DNA from: an uncultured Gammaproteobacteria bacterium
GTDB taxonomy: Bacteria; Patescibacteriota; Patescibacteriia; UBA9934; GWF2-40-263
DNA length: 64,000 nucleotides
NCBI GenBank assembly: GCA_964538435.1
Contig: CAZIDX010000002.1
Location: forward strand, 117,930-181,929
Reading direction: 5' to 3'
The notes below the pieces were generated by a model, which worked only from the letters and a program-made list of their open reading frames with translations, did no database searches and was not told the origin of the DNA. Made by a program: the position numbers and the translations under genes. Within the stretch, counting starts at the first letter, position 1. Every line of letters starts with the position of its first letter. Below are positions 35,520 through 44,822 of the stretch, one piece after another.

Positions 35520-36254
35520 ATGCTCATGTCCCATCGCAACACCAGCCCCTTCGGCGCCCAGTCCAACCCCAACCGCCGTCGCAACCGCCGCCCCCGCCGC
35601 CCGACCTTCGAGATCTGCCTCAAGGCCCTCGCGGTGTACACGCGGTTCATCTTCATGAGCCGTCTCCCCCACCCGGCCGACGCCAGCGACGAGGCCAAGA
35701 ACACCCTGTTCACCCAGGCCACGGACTCCTACGTCCCCTGGGCCAAGGGCTCCTACGCCTCCGCCAACGGCACCCGCCTGTGGGCCCGCGGCATCGCGCG
35801 CGTGGACGGCACCGAGGACAAGCTCCAGGCCATGCTCGACGAGATCGAGAAGCCCGAGCTCGTGCGCGTCAAGCGCGGCAACGCCCTGACCACCAAGGTC
35901 AACGGCAAGCCCGTACCCTTGGCCGACCGCCAGGTGTACGTCCTCAAGGTCGCCGGCATGGCCCTGCTGCTGGGTTGCCACCCCAACAGCATCACCCCCA
36001 CCAACACCAAGTCCGCCTTCGCCAAGGACGACTTGGTGGGCCCCCAGCGGATCGGCACCCGCGCCAGCCAGGAACTCATCCAGCGCATCTTCCCGAGCGC
36101 CATGCTGGCCGAGTTCAACGCCGAGTTCGAGGCAGCGGCCCCCAAGGCCAAGGCCCAGAACAAGGTCGAGGACGGCGCCGAGGTCACCGAGCTCCCCACC
36201 CCGGCCCCGGCCGACACCTCCGTCAAGCCCGCTCCCGCGGCCGAGGCCTGCTAG
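35520..36254 (+). CDS. hypothetical protein, very G+C-rich; shares SPFGAQ motif with upstream neighbour
   Basis: Protein-like frame; ORF 35510..36280 in the other frame is R/P/G-rich artefact. Confidence 0.55.
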   Translation: MLMSHRNTSPFGAQSNPNRRRNRRPRRPTFEICLKALAVYTRFIFMSRLPHPADASDEAKNTLFTQATDSYVPWAKGSYASANGTRLWARGIARVDGTEDKLQAMLDEIEKPELVRVKRGNALTTKVNGKPVPLADRQVYVLKVAGMALLLGCHPNSITPTNTKSAFAKDDLVGPQRIGTRASQELIQRIFPSAMLAEFNAEFEAAAPKAKAQNKVEDGAEVTELPTPAPADTSVKPAPAAEAC

Positions 36255-36490
36255 CATGGCTGGCTAGCAAAGCGAGGTGAAACGCGCTTAAAGGGGACGG
36301 CGCAGTGAAAGGAGAAATCCTGGATCTGCGCCGGCCCCTGAGGCAAACGAAAACGCAAGACCTGGCCAAACGCAAACAGCCAGGTCCGATCGTCAAAGCT
36401 GAGAAGTGTCTCACTTCTCGCCTCTGATGATCGCCAAGCGCGATTAAACGTTTGACCAATAAACCCTCTCCCCTTATTGGTCAGACATGC

Positions 36491-36519
36491 AAAAAACACG
36501 TGTATCCCACGTGTTTTTT
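36491..36519. terminator. bidirectional intrinsic terminator
   Basis: AAAAAA-cacgtg-tatccc-acgtg-TTTTTT. Confidence 0.6.
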
Positions 36520-36803
36520 GTTTGTATTTACTGATGACTTTTTTTCGCACCTACGAAAATTTGTCATCTTTTTCTATTCGTGTTTCTTAAATGAAACAAA
36601 AAACTTTGCAAGTTTCCAAATTTGTCAGTTCATTGACAAACCTTTGTCACTTGATATTGACAGTATGCTTAGTGTATGATATCCTCTATAGTCGTCTCGT
36701 GGTGGGATGACGTGGTTCCCGGCCTACCGGGAAAAAGAGAGTGACGCAGCAAAATAAAGAACTGTCAGGAGACTGCGCGTTGACTCTCGAAGGAGTTGGT
36801 GTG

Positions 36804-36950
36804 ATGAAGGAACTGATGCAAGGCCTTATGGCCATGCATGCCGCAGAGGCCACTCAAGCCTCACGCTACAATGGCATGAACACTGAAGACGACGTTGCAC
36901 GAGACCCGTTCAGCGTCACACCTTCGATGCACTGCTTTGGTGGCGATTAG
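36804..36950 (+). CDS. candidate small protein (48 aa) MKELMQGLMAMHAAEATQASRYNGMNTEDDVARDPFSVTPSMHCFGGD
   Basis: RBS GAAGGAG 9 nt upstream; preceded by hairpin-containing leader. Confidence 0.3.
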   Translation: MKELMQGLMAMHAAEATQASRYNGMNTEDDVARDPFSVTPSMHCFGGD

Positions 36951-37071
36951 CTACCTTCATTCCTTATCCCCACAACACCACCACAAGACCAACAACACAA
37001 AAAGCACCTCAACAACGCCGAGATGCTTCTCCAACACGCGGGCCCATCCAAGGGCTCTTTCTGTTTGTAAA

Positions 37072-37869
37072 CTAATTATTCTCAGTCGCCTTCCAAGCAA
37101 GATTAAAAAGCGCCATCATCGCATCTGCAATTTCCTGATTAATAAGCACTGCAGCCATAATCGATGACTTGTGAGAAGCAAAGAACACATGACTTCCCCG
37201 AACAGTAATTTCACCATGAATTGGAAACTCACTTGCAGATATCTTTCGCGAATCTGCTGACACATCAATTGGCAACTCAGCATTCACATCATCAACAACA
37301 ACCAACGCACGGGCATTTACTCCTTCTGTTGCTCTCTGATGACGCAACTTTTTTAAGTGATCATCTCTTCCATGAACATACTCCTCAGATTTGAAAACAT
37401 CAGTAATCGGATAAATGTGAACGTAATCTCCTTTTAGCCTTTCAAAAATCTGCCTTGCAGTCTCAACTCCTTCAAAACCTTCGAGATACCTCACTTGCGG
37501 CTTTACCCCTTCAGCATTAAACATACCAACGAGCATTGGGAGCACCTTCTCAAGCTCACCCTGCTTTGCCTTTAGCGCATTCTGCTCGTGCTCAATAATC
37601 GAAAGCAGTCTCTCAGGACTCTCAGGTGAGTAAAACTTTTTCTTTCCTTTTGTGAATGTACTCATGAGCCCACGCGCGCTCAATGACTCAATCATGACAT
37701 ACGTAGTCGCACGATTCACTTTTGATTTATGCGAAATATCTTGCACTGAAGCCGGGCCAAGCTCAAGCGATGCCAAGTACACAGCTGTCTCCTTGTCTGT
37801 GAGCCCAAGCTGCTTTAATTCTGTTTTGATTTCTTCCATAAAATTATGTTTGTTGATAACAACTGACAT
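37072..37869 (-). CDS. TrmB-family transcriptional regulator
   Basis: N-terminal wHTH (TDKETAVYLASLELGPASVQDISHKSKVNRATTYVMIESLSARGL) plus C-terminal TrmB-like domain. Confidence 0.7.
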   Translation of the reverse strand: MSVVINKHNFMEEIKTELKQLGLTDKETAVYLASLELGPASVQDISHKSKVNRATTYVMIESLSARGLMSTFTKGKKKFYSPESPERLLSIIEHEQNALKAKQGELEKVLPMLVGMFNAEGVKPQVRYLEGFEGVETARQIFERLKGDYVHIYPITDVFKSEEYVHGRDDHLKKLRHQRATEGVNARALVVVDDVNAELPIDVSADSRKISASEFPIHGEITVRGSHVFFASHKSSIMAAVLINQEIADAMMALFNLAWKATENN

Positions 37870-39068
37870 TATACCAGGCTTCTGAGAATTTCCCAGGTCT
37901 GCTCAGCGGTTTTCTCCCAAGAGAACTGTTTGACCCTTTCAGACCCTTTACGCGCAAGCTCATCTCGAAGCGTTCCTTCATGCGCAAGCTTCTTCATTGC
38001 TTGCCCCCAAGCCTCAGGTTCCTTTGGTGAAGCAAACAAGGCTGCATCCCCACACACTTCTCTGTGCGGAGGAATATCTGAAGTAATAAGCGGCGTGCCA
38101 CAGGCCATGGCTTCTAGATTGGGCAAACCAAATCCCTCATACCAAGACGGGAACAAAAACGCCATTGCATGACTCATGAGAGCCGCCACCTCTTTGTCTG
38201 AGCGGTACCCAAGCAAACGAATCTGATCACGCACAGAAGAATGCTCAAGATGCTGCTTAAGCTCCTCTGCTCCGTACCCTGGCGTCCCAACCAAAACGAG
38301 CTCAAACGGATCACCGTGTCCACGATCAGCTTTAAAAAGCTCAAACGCACGAATAAGACTTGAAACATTTTTTTTCTTTTCCAGACGACCTACAAACAAA
38401 AAGTAGTTCGCTCCAATGCGATGTCTTTGAAGCAGTGGTCGAGCCTCCTCCGCGCTCACAGGCCGATACACTGTTGTGTCAGCCGCAAGCGGAGTCACAA
38501 AAATCTCTTCCGCTGGAACCTTGTATACATCAATCAGCTCCTGCTTTGTAAACTCAGACGGAACAATATACCGCTGAGCTTTTTTAATTGCTCGCTTTGT
38601 ATACGCAAGAAGTCTTCGCTTTGTCTTTGCATCAAACAAATCAGGTCGCCGATCCGCTGCAATGTCATGAATCGTTGTGACCGTCATCTTTGGGCCAAAC
38701 ATAGGGAGCCCTTGCGCAGGCACAAACAAAACATTTGGCTTATTGCGAAGCATCTCCAAGCTCATCCGCCCCTTCATCCAAGCCCGTTCAAGCGGCCATG
38801 AGAGCACGGTTGGTTGCCAGGTTAAAACCGGGGCATCGAGCTCGTCTGCAAGTATGGATGGTGAATACAAAAGCACGCGCTCATTCGGCTGAAGATTGTT
38901 TGCAATCTCAGACGAATCTCCCCCGAACGCGCGTGGTTTCATTGCTCTGAGCAAATGGCGTGAGTAATTCTCAACACCGGTTCGCTCTCCCTTATTTGCA
39001 GACGATGCATCAATACCGTAAACAACCTCGCCTGTCTGACGTTTTAAAAGATTCAAATTGTCGTCCAT
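37869..39068 (-). CDS. GT4 family glycosyltransferase
   Basis: FVGRLEKKKN...EGFGLPNLEAMACGTPLITSD (E-x7-E motif region). Start trimmed to avoid overlap with mreB. Confidence 0.75.
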   Translation of the reverse strand: MDDNLNLLKRQTGEVVYGIDASSANKGERTGVENYSRHLLRAMKPRAFGGDSSEIANNLQPNERVLLYSPSILADELDAPVLTWQPTVLSWPLERAWMKGRMSLEMLRNKPNVLFVPAQGLPMFGPKMTVTTIHDIAADRRPDLFDAKTKRRLLAYTKRAIKKAQRYIVPSEFTKQELIDVYKVPAEEIFVTPLAADTTVYRPVSAEEARPLLQRHRIGANYFLFVGRLEKKKNVSSLIRAFELFKADRGHGDPFELVLVGTPGYGAEELKQHLEHSSVRDQIRLLGYRSDKEVAALMSHAMAFLFPSWYEGFGLPNLEAMACGTPLITSDIPPHREVCGDAALFASPKEPEAWGQAMKKLAHEGTLRDELARKGSERVKQFSWEKTAEQTWEILRSLV

Positions 39069-39070
39069 AT

Positions 39071-40075
39071 CTAGCTGGTGAAAATCGAGCGTTTGTAAGC
39101 TTCGAGGTTCTCCAATGCGATTCCTGTCCCCTTGGCCACACATTGCTGCGGGTCCTCTGCCAAAAATGTTGGCACACCCGTTGCCTCTGCAATGAGTGTA
39201 TCAAGATTTCGAAGTTGAGACGACCCACCTGAGAGCACAATTCCCTTGTCCATCACATCTGCAGACAATTCTGGCGGTGTTTTGTGCAGAACTTCCTTAA
39301 CAGTGTTAATAATCCCCTCAAGCTCATCTTGGATGGCCTCTGTCACATCATCACTCGACACCTCAATCACTTTAGGAAGTCCATTCACCATGTCACGACC
39401 TTTCACTTCCATTGAAAGTTTATCTGGTAAGTACATCGCAGCTCCAATCTGAATCTTAATATCCTCAGAAGTACGCTCACCAATCGCAAGCCCGTACTTT
39501 CTGCGAATGTGCTCACTAATAGCACTATCGAACTTCACACCGCCAATACGCACAGACTCAGATGCCACAATTCCCCCAAGCGAGATCACAGCCATCTCAG
39601 CCGTTCCCCCACCAATATCAATGATCATGTGACCCGATGGCGAACCAATCGGAATATTCGCCCCAATCGCCGCCACAATAGGCTCTTTAATGATATATGC
39701 CGCCTTAGCTCCCGCAGCAAGCGTCGCATCAATCACCGCACGTCGTTCTGTTGAAGTGATACCTCCAGGAACAGCCACCATAACCTCAGGCCTAAAAATA
39801 CGAATTCCTCCAAGAGCCTTGTTGATGAAGTATCGAAGCATGGCTTCTGTTGTCCTGTAGTCAGCAATCACACCATCCTTAAGCGGCCGGCGAGCCACAA
39901 TCGTATCAGGCGTACGCCCAAGCATGTCCTTTGCCTCCTTTCCAACAGCAAGCACTTTTTTATCTGTATACGAAACAGCAACAACAGAAGGTTCATGAAT
40001 AATAATACCTCGTTTAGGAAGGTAAACGAGGACAGTGGTGGTTCCAAGATCAATTCCAATTTTCTTTTGAAACAT
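39071..40075 (-). CDS. mreB: rod shape-determining protein MreB
   Basis: IGIDLGTTTVLVY, actin-fold phosphate motifs. Confidence 0.9.
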   Translation of the reverse strand: MFQKKIGIDLGTTTVLVYLPKRGIIIHEPSVVAVSYTDKKVLAVGKEAKDMLGRTPDTIVARRPLKDGVIADYRTTEAMLRYFINKALGGIRIFRPEVMVAVPGGITSTERRAVIDATLAAGAKAAYIIKEPIVAAIGANIPIGSPSGHMIIDIGGGTAEMAVISLGGIVASESVRIGGVKFDSAISEHIRRKYGLAIGERTSEDIKIQIGAAMYLPDKLSMEVKGRDMVNGLPKVIEVSSDDVTEAIQDELEGIINTVKEVLHKTPPELSADVMDKGIVLSGGSSQLRNLDTLIAEATGVPTFLAEDPQQCVAKGTGIALENLEAYKRSIFTS

Positions 40076-40132
40076 AGGAGGGCCTCACAGGCTTCATCTA
40101 ACGAACATATAAAAGTTTGGCTCCCCCTAGCC

Positions 40133-42157
40133 TTACAGGTCAATCTCGAAAACGAGATCCTGATCCAAAATTGTGTTCAGCTCGTACGTGTCATCTCCCC
40201 ACTGACCATCATCCTCTGCTGGGGTTGCGTGCGTGACATTTTTATCAAAATCAAGCTCAAGCGTCAACGAGTGATCACGGCTTCCAATCTGTTTAAACAC
40301 GCTCAAATTATAGCTATTTTCCACAATTGACTCAACAACCTCATCAGAAAGCTTGTAGTCAAACACAAGCTCACCTGTGGACAACGGCTCAATTGAGATA
40401 AACGCACCAAACACACTCATACCAAGCTCATCATACTCATCAACAGGCCCTGCACTCCCGCTTGGATTCTTAATAATGTCGTCAAGCATAGCCCCTTGAA
40501 CACTAATAAGCTCCGACCCAAACGGAACATAGAGTCGTGTGTATGTGCGGTACCGAGTCGTCTTCCAATCAAACCCCTTCATGTGATCATAACGCACGGT
40601 TGTTCGCCCAACCCACTCTCCAGTCTGACTACGCCCAAGCTGGTACGTGATCGTTCGGTCAACAGCAGGATCCGATTTTAAACTCGCCAAGTTCGCATCC
40701 ACCACCATCTGTACATCAGCAGTCTGCGGCAACACGCGCCCTCCCCAACCAACATCAGTAAAAAGCTGCTCAAGCTCCTGATCAGTGCTATAAAACACAA
40801 GTTGTTTATTCAAGAGCGCTTCTTCTGAAACCCGAAGCACCTCACCCCAATCTTCTACAGGCAATGCAAAAAGTTTTTTCTTTGCCTCATTCACAAGATC
40901 AGCAAGGATCTCTTTGCGCTGCTGCTCTGGAATCCCTTCTGACTTATACCCAAACTGAACCTGATACTCAATCATGTCTGGGATGTTTTCATGAGTAAAC
41001 GTCTGACCACCAGCCACAATCGGCCCCGTGATCTCAAGCAGCTTTGATGCATATGTAGGTGTCATCGCAATCACTCCATCAACCCTGCTCGCAACCGGAA
41101 CAGCTTCTCGCTCTTGCTCATCAAGTAAACTCACCTCATCCAAGAACCTTTCAATTGCCTTCACGCTACTCGAAGCAAAATCCGGAGACCAGTTGCTGTC
41201 GCGAAAGAACCATTTTGTTGTTGCGTTGTAACGCTGAAACGGAACCGGAGCAACCTGATCAAGATCATCAGCCACAGCATTATCAAGCGCATACACATCA
41301 ACCGTCTCAAGATGAGAAATATCACCATTTAACGTCTCAAGGACTCCATAAGACCCAATAAACCCCCCACCTGGACGAATTTCACTATTGTTCAAAAACA
41401 GAAGAAGGTTTGTCTTTGTCTCACCAATTCCAGCAACCTGAGGGATGATATTAGTAGCAACCGACACCATAGAGAGATACTCCTCAATCTTTTCAAGATC
41501 AACAAGCATGTCTGATGCCACATCATAAACAGGAAGCAAAAAGTCATTCGCAGCAAAAAGCAAAAGCTCGTCCTGAATAACACGAATGCGCTCAAGCACA
41601 AACTCCAAATCATCCGATGAAGCTGCCAGCCGCTCAAGAATCAAACGCTTCGTATCAGACGGCAACTCATCAAACGTCACACTCGGCTCAAGCCCAAGCT
41701 GCACATCCTTTAAATACTGCTCCGAAAGCCCTGCAAGCTGAATGACATCCTTGCTGATCTCAAGAAGCTCGCCAAAGGAATCTGTGATCTCTGCTGTTGC
41801 AAGAAAAAGTGTTGTTGCACTTGAAAGCGATTCTCCAATAAACGGAGCAAATGAAAGCGGACGAAGATACACAAGCCGGCGCTCAGCGCGATCAAACGAC
41901 GCTGACGCAAGCTCAATCTCTTCCTGTGCCTGCTCAAACGAAAGATCAACAGCAGCATCTCGTGCATTAAGCAGATGATCACGCCCATCCACAATCTCGG
42001 CCGCAGCCTGCACGCCAAGCACTACTGCAAAAGCCCCGTACACCACTGCCACAATAAACAACAAAAGAAAGAACCGTTTGATGTTCTTCCAGCGCGCTTG
42101 TTTATGTTGCTGCTCAGCTGGCTCCATCCGGTGAATGAATGCTTCGCTGTGTGACAT
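40133..42157 (-). CDS. large membrane-anchored protein, DUF4012-like
   Basis: Single N-terminal TM then ~600-aa extracytoplasmic domain; located within a glycosyltransferase cluster. Confidence 0.5.
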   Translation of the reverse strand: MSHSEAFIHRMEPAEQQHKQARWKNIKRFFLLLFIVAVVYGAFAVVLGVQAAAEIVDGRDHLLNARDAAVDLSFEQAQEEIELASASFDRAERRLVYLRPLSFAPFIGESLSSATTLFLATAEITDSFGELLEISKDVIQLAGLSEQYLKDVQLGLEPSVTFDELPSDTKRLILERLAASSDDLEFVLERIRVIQDELLLFAANDFLLPVYDVASDMLVDLEKIEEYLSMVSVATNIIPQVAGIGETKTNLLLFLNNSEIRPGGGFIGSYGVLETLNGDISHLETVDVYALDNAVADDLDQVAPVPFQRYNATTKWFFRDSNWSPDFASSSVKAIERFLDEVSLLDEQEREAVPVASRVDGVIAMTPTYASKLLEITGPIVAGGQTFTHENIPDMIEYQVQFGYKSEGIPEQQRKEILADLVNEAKKKLFALPVEDWGEVLRVSEEALLNKQLVFYSTDQELEQLFTDVGWGGRVLPQTADVQMVVDANLASLKSDPAVDRTITYQLGRSQTGEWVGRTTVRYDHMKGFDWKTTRYRTYTRLYVPFGSELISVQGAMLDDIIKNPSGSAGPVDEYDELGMSVFGAFISIEPLSTGELVFDYKLSDEVVESIVENSYNLSVFKQIGSRDHSLTLELDFDKNVTHATPAEDDGQWGDDTYELNTILDQDLVFEIDL

Positions 42158-42168
42158 AACCCCCGTTG

Positions 42169-42990
42169 TTATGACGAGCGTGGATGAGACTCGTCTTTAT
42201 ACTTCTTATAGTAGTATACCGCACTTTGAATCTGAATTCGGGTAAGCGGATTGAAAAGCTGTTTCACAAATCCCCCCTCAGCTGTTTCACGCCTGTGGTA
42301 ATGAATAAGTTCAGTCTCAGGATGATAAACAACTCTCCACCCCTTTTTCCAAAAACGACGACACAAATCCTGATCTTCAAAATACACAAAAAACTCAGGA
42401 TCAAATCCACCAACCTGCTCAAGAGCCTTCCGTCTAATAAACATAGCGGCCCCAAGCAAGTAATCAACATCCTGAGTCTGGGTGTGATCCATATCCACCA
42501 TCATGTATTCACGCACTTGCGCTTTGGCAAACCCAAACCACCTAAGCACAGGAACTCGACGATAAAGAATCACGCTTGGTTTCATGAATCGATAGCAACT
42601 ATGCTGAAGCGAACCATCTGGATGACTCAGACGTGGCCCAACCATCCCAACATCCTCATGCGTGTCCATATACTCTGTTAGCCTCTCAAGAACACCGGGC
42701 TGCATGACAATATCTGGATTAAACACGAAAAGATATCGGCCTGTAGCTTTTTCAATTGCCTTATTCATTCCACGCCCAAACCCTTCGTTGCACTGGTTCA
42801 CAATAAGTTTCACATGTGGAAACTCTTGCTCTACCATCTCAGCCACTCGCTGCTTTGGATTGTTATCCACCACAATAACCTCATGACTGACATGAGGTGC
42901 AACACGCTCTATCCCCTTAAGTGTCTGACGCAAAAGACGAGGAGTGTTGTAGTGAACAATCAAAATGGAAACATCTTTCATACAAACCAT
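42169..42990 (-). CDS. GT2 family glycosyltransferase
   Basis: VSILIVHYNTPRLL...VVDNNPKQ, DxD region. Confidence 0.75.
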   Translation of the reverse strand: MVCMKDVSILIVHYNTPRLLRQTLKGIERVAPHVSHEVIVVDNNPKQRVAEMVEQEFPHVKLIVNQCNEGFGRGMNKAIEKATGRYLFVFNPDIVMQPGVLERLTEYMDTHEDVGMVGPRLSHPDGSLQHSCYRFMKPSVILYRRVPVLRWFGFAKAQVREYMMVDMDHTQTQDVDYLLGAAMFIRRKALEQVGGFDPEFFVYFEDQDLCRRFWKKGWRVVYHPETELIHYHRRETAEGGFVKQLFNPLTRIQIQSAVYYYKKYKDESHPRSS

Positions 42991-44045
42991 TTACGCACTT
43001 CACGTGCGCGCACCTTTGCCTCACCAAGATTCAGTCTTCGCTTACGAATCATGGCTGGTGCAAGCAAAATCGTATCAATTAAACATTTAAGCGAGCTTGG
43101 TTCAAGAAGCGCAATGTAGACCATTCGCGCAATCTCGTAAAGAACAATGCGAGGGAAAGCAAGAACCGCACTCGAGACACGTAAATTCTTGATCATCATG
43201 AGCCAATGATTGCGTGTAGAGTAATAATTCCTTTTCGATGACTTGCGTCGCCTATTCCTGATTCGAGAAAACATCCCCCCCGCTTCTTTGCCATACATGC
43301 CTCGATAGTGATGCGCAATCGCATGCGGAATAAATCGAGACTCCCAGCCAGCATGCTGAAGACGCCATGCCATATCCACATCTTCCTTGTAGGCAAAAAA
43401 GTCATGATCATAAAACTCATCGTTGTAGCGCACAGACTCAAGCGCGCTCAGCCGGTAGAGCACGCAAGCTCCTGAAATCCCAAATACTTCTGTCTGCCCA
43501 TCATACTGCCCATCATCCCTCTCTCCTGCCCCGCGATCTGTCACTGTTCTATTCTTGTGAGGATTAAGACCTGTTGAGTCGATAAGATCCGAATGCACCG
43601 TCTCCATCAAAACTTCGTCTGCCAAATTCTCACCGAATGCCCTCAAAAGCTTTCCACCAAACGAACCAATATTCTTTGGCCCAACATGCACGCCACGCAT
43701 AAGCTCCTCCAAAAATGTTTCACTCATCAAGATATCTGGATTGCACACAAGTACAAACCGATCATCAAGATCTTCTTTTGCGCAATGATCCACCACAAGC
43801 CTGATCCCCTGATTGTGAGCATCGCAAAAACCCAAATTGCGCTGATTACGCAAAAACGCAACCTGCGGATAAGCTTCACGCAAAAACGCCTCAATGCCAT
43901 CTGTAGAAGCATTGTCGATTACACGCACAACAAAATCCTGATAAGTTTGCTTGAAAATCGTCTCAAGTAAATCCGGCAGGAACTTCATGGAGTTCCATGT
44001 CACAATATTGATAGAAACGACAGGTTGCTGTGTTTGATGTTGCAT
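42978..44045 (-). CDS. GT2 family glycosyltransferase
   Basis: VSINIVTWNSMKFL...VIDNASTDG. Confidence 0.75.
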   Translation of the reverse strand: MQHQTQQPVVSINIVTWNSMKFLPDLLETIFKQTYQDFVVRVIDNASTDGIEAFLREAYPQVAFLRNQRNLGFCDAHNQGIRLVVDHCAKEDLDDRFVLVCNPDILMSETFLEELMRGVHVGPKNIGSFGGKLLRAFGENLADEVLMETVHSDLIDSTGLNPHKNRTVTDRGAGERDDGQYDGQTEVFGISGACVLYRLSALESVRYNDEFYDHDFFAYKEDVDMAWRLQHAGWESRFIPHAIAHHYRGMYGKEAGGMFSRIRNRRRKSSKRNYYSTRNHWLMMIKNLRVSSAVLAFPRIVLYEIARMVYIALLEPSSLKCLIDTILLAPAMIRKRRLNLGEAKVRAREVRKWFV

Positions 44046-44108
44046 AAGTTTTCAATCCCCCCTATGGTAAGCAATAGAAGGAAGGAATACAACTATTGAT
44101 CGATATTT

Positions 44109-44822
44109 ATGGAGTTACAACGCCCAAAAATTGGAATTGGTGTTCTCGTCTTAAAAGACAATAAAATTCTTGTTGGAAAACGCATTGGCGCGCACGGCAC
44201 TGACACCTGGGCGCTTCCAGGAGGTCACCTTGAGCTCAATGAAACATGGGAGGCCTGCGCACAACGAGAAGTTTACGAAGAAACCGGCATTGAGATTAAA
44301 AACATTCGCTTTGCTTGCGCAACAAACGACATTCACAAAGACGAATCCAAGCATTACATCACCCTCTTCATGATCTCAGACCATTCAGCTGGAACAGTTA
44401 CAAACAAGGAGCCAAAAAAGTGCAGTGGTTGGGAATGGCTCAAATGGGAATCTCTCCCTGAACCAAGATTCAAACCCTTGGACACCATCATTCGCCAAGG
44501 CTACCATCCGCTTCGAAAAAAACACGACAAACTTGTCCGCGATAAGATCGTTGAAATCATTGAATCAAACGGTGAAAAAGCAACTTGGTACAAAGCCAGC
44601 AAAGAAGAATATCGAGAGCGGCTTCAAACAAAACTTGTAGAAGAAGTGCTCGAATACCTTGAAAGCAAAGACATTGAAGAGCTTGCGGACATCAAAGAGG
44701 TTATTCATTCACTTCACGCTCTTGATGGTGTACCGCGCGAACAACTTGAACTCATTCAAAAAGAAAAGCGCGACAAGCGCGGTGGTTTTCAAGATCGCAT
44801 CATCCTCAAAGAAACAATGTAG
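44109..44822 (+). CDS. Nudix hydrolase fused to C-terminal all-alpha MazG-like pyrophosphohydrolase-type domain
   Basis: GGHLELNETWEACAQREVYEETGIEI Nudix box; C-terminal helical EEVLEYLESKDIEELADIKEVIHSLHAL region. Confidence 0.65.
   Translation: MELQRPKIGIGVLVLKDNKILVGKRIGAHGTDTWALPGGHLELNETWEACAQREVYEETGIEIKNIRFACATNDIHKDESKHYITLFMISDHSAGTVTNKEPKKCSGWEWLKWESLPEPRFKPLDTIIRQGYHPLRKKHDKLVRDKIVEIIESNGEKATWYKASKEEYRERLQTKLVEEVLEYLESKDIEELADIKEVIHSLHALDGVPREQLELIQKEKRDKRGGFQDRIILKETM

Noticed and set aside
35510-36280. 256-aa R/P/G-rich plus ORF and 251-aa minus ORF 35502..36257
   Set aside because: Out-of-frame or antisense readings of the real 35520..36254 gene
39071-39143. 70-nt overlap between the glycosyltransferase and mreB
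   Set aside because: Resolved by using an internal Met start for the glycosyltransferase (about 39068); similar trimming applied at 46310, 55323 and 58901
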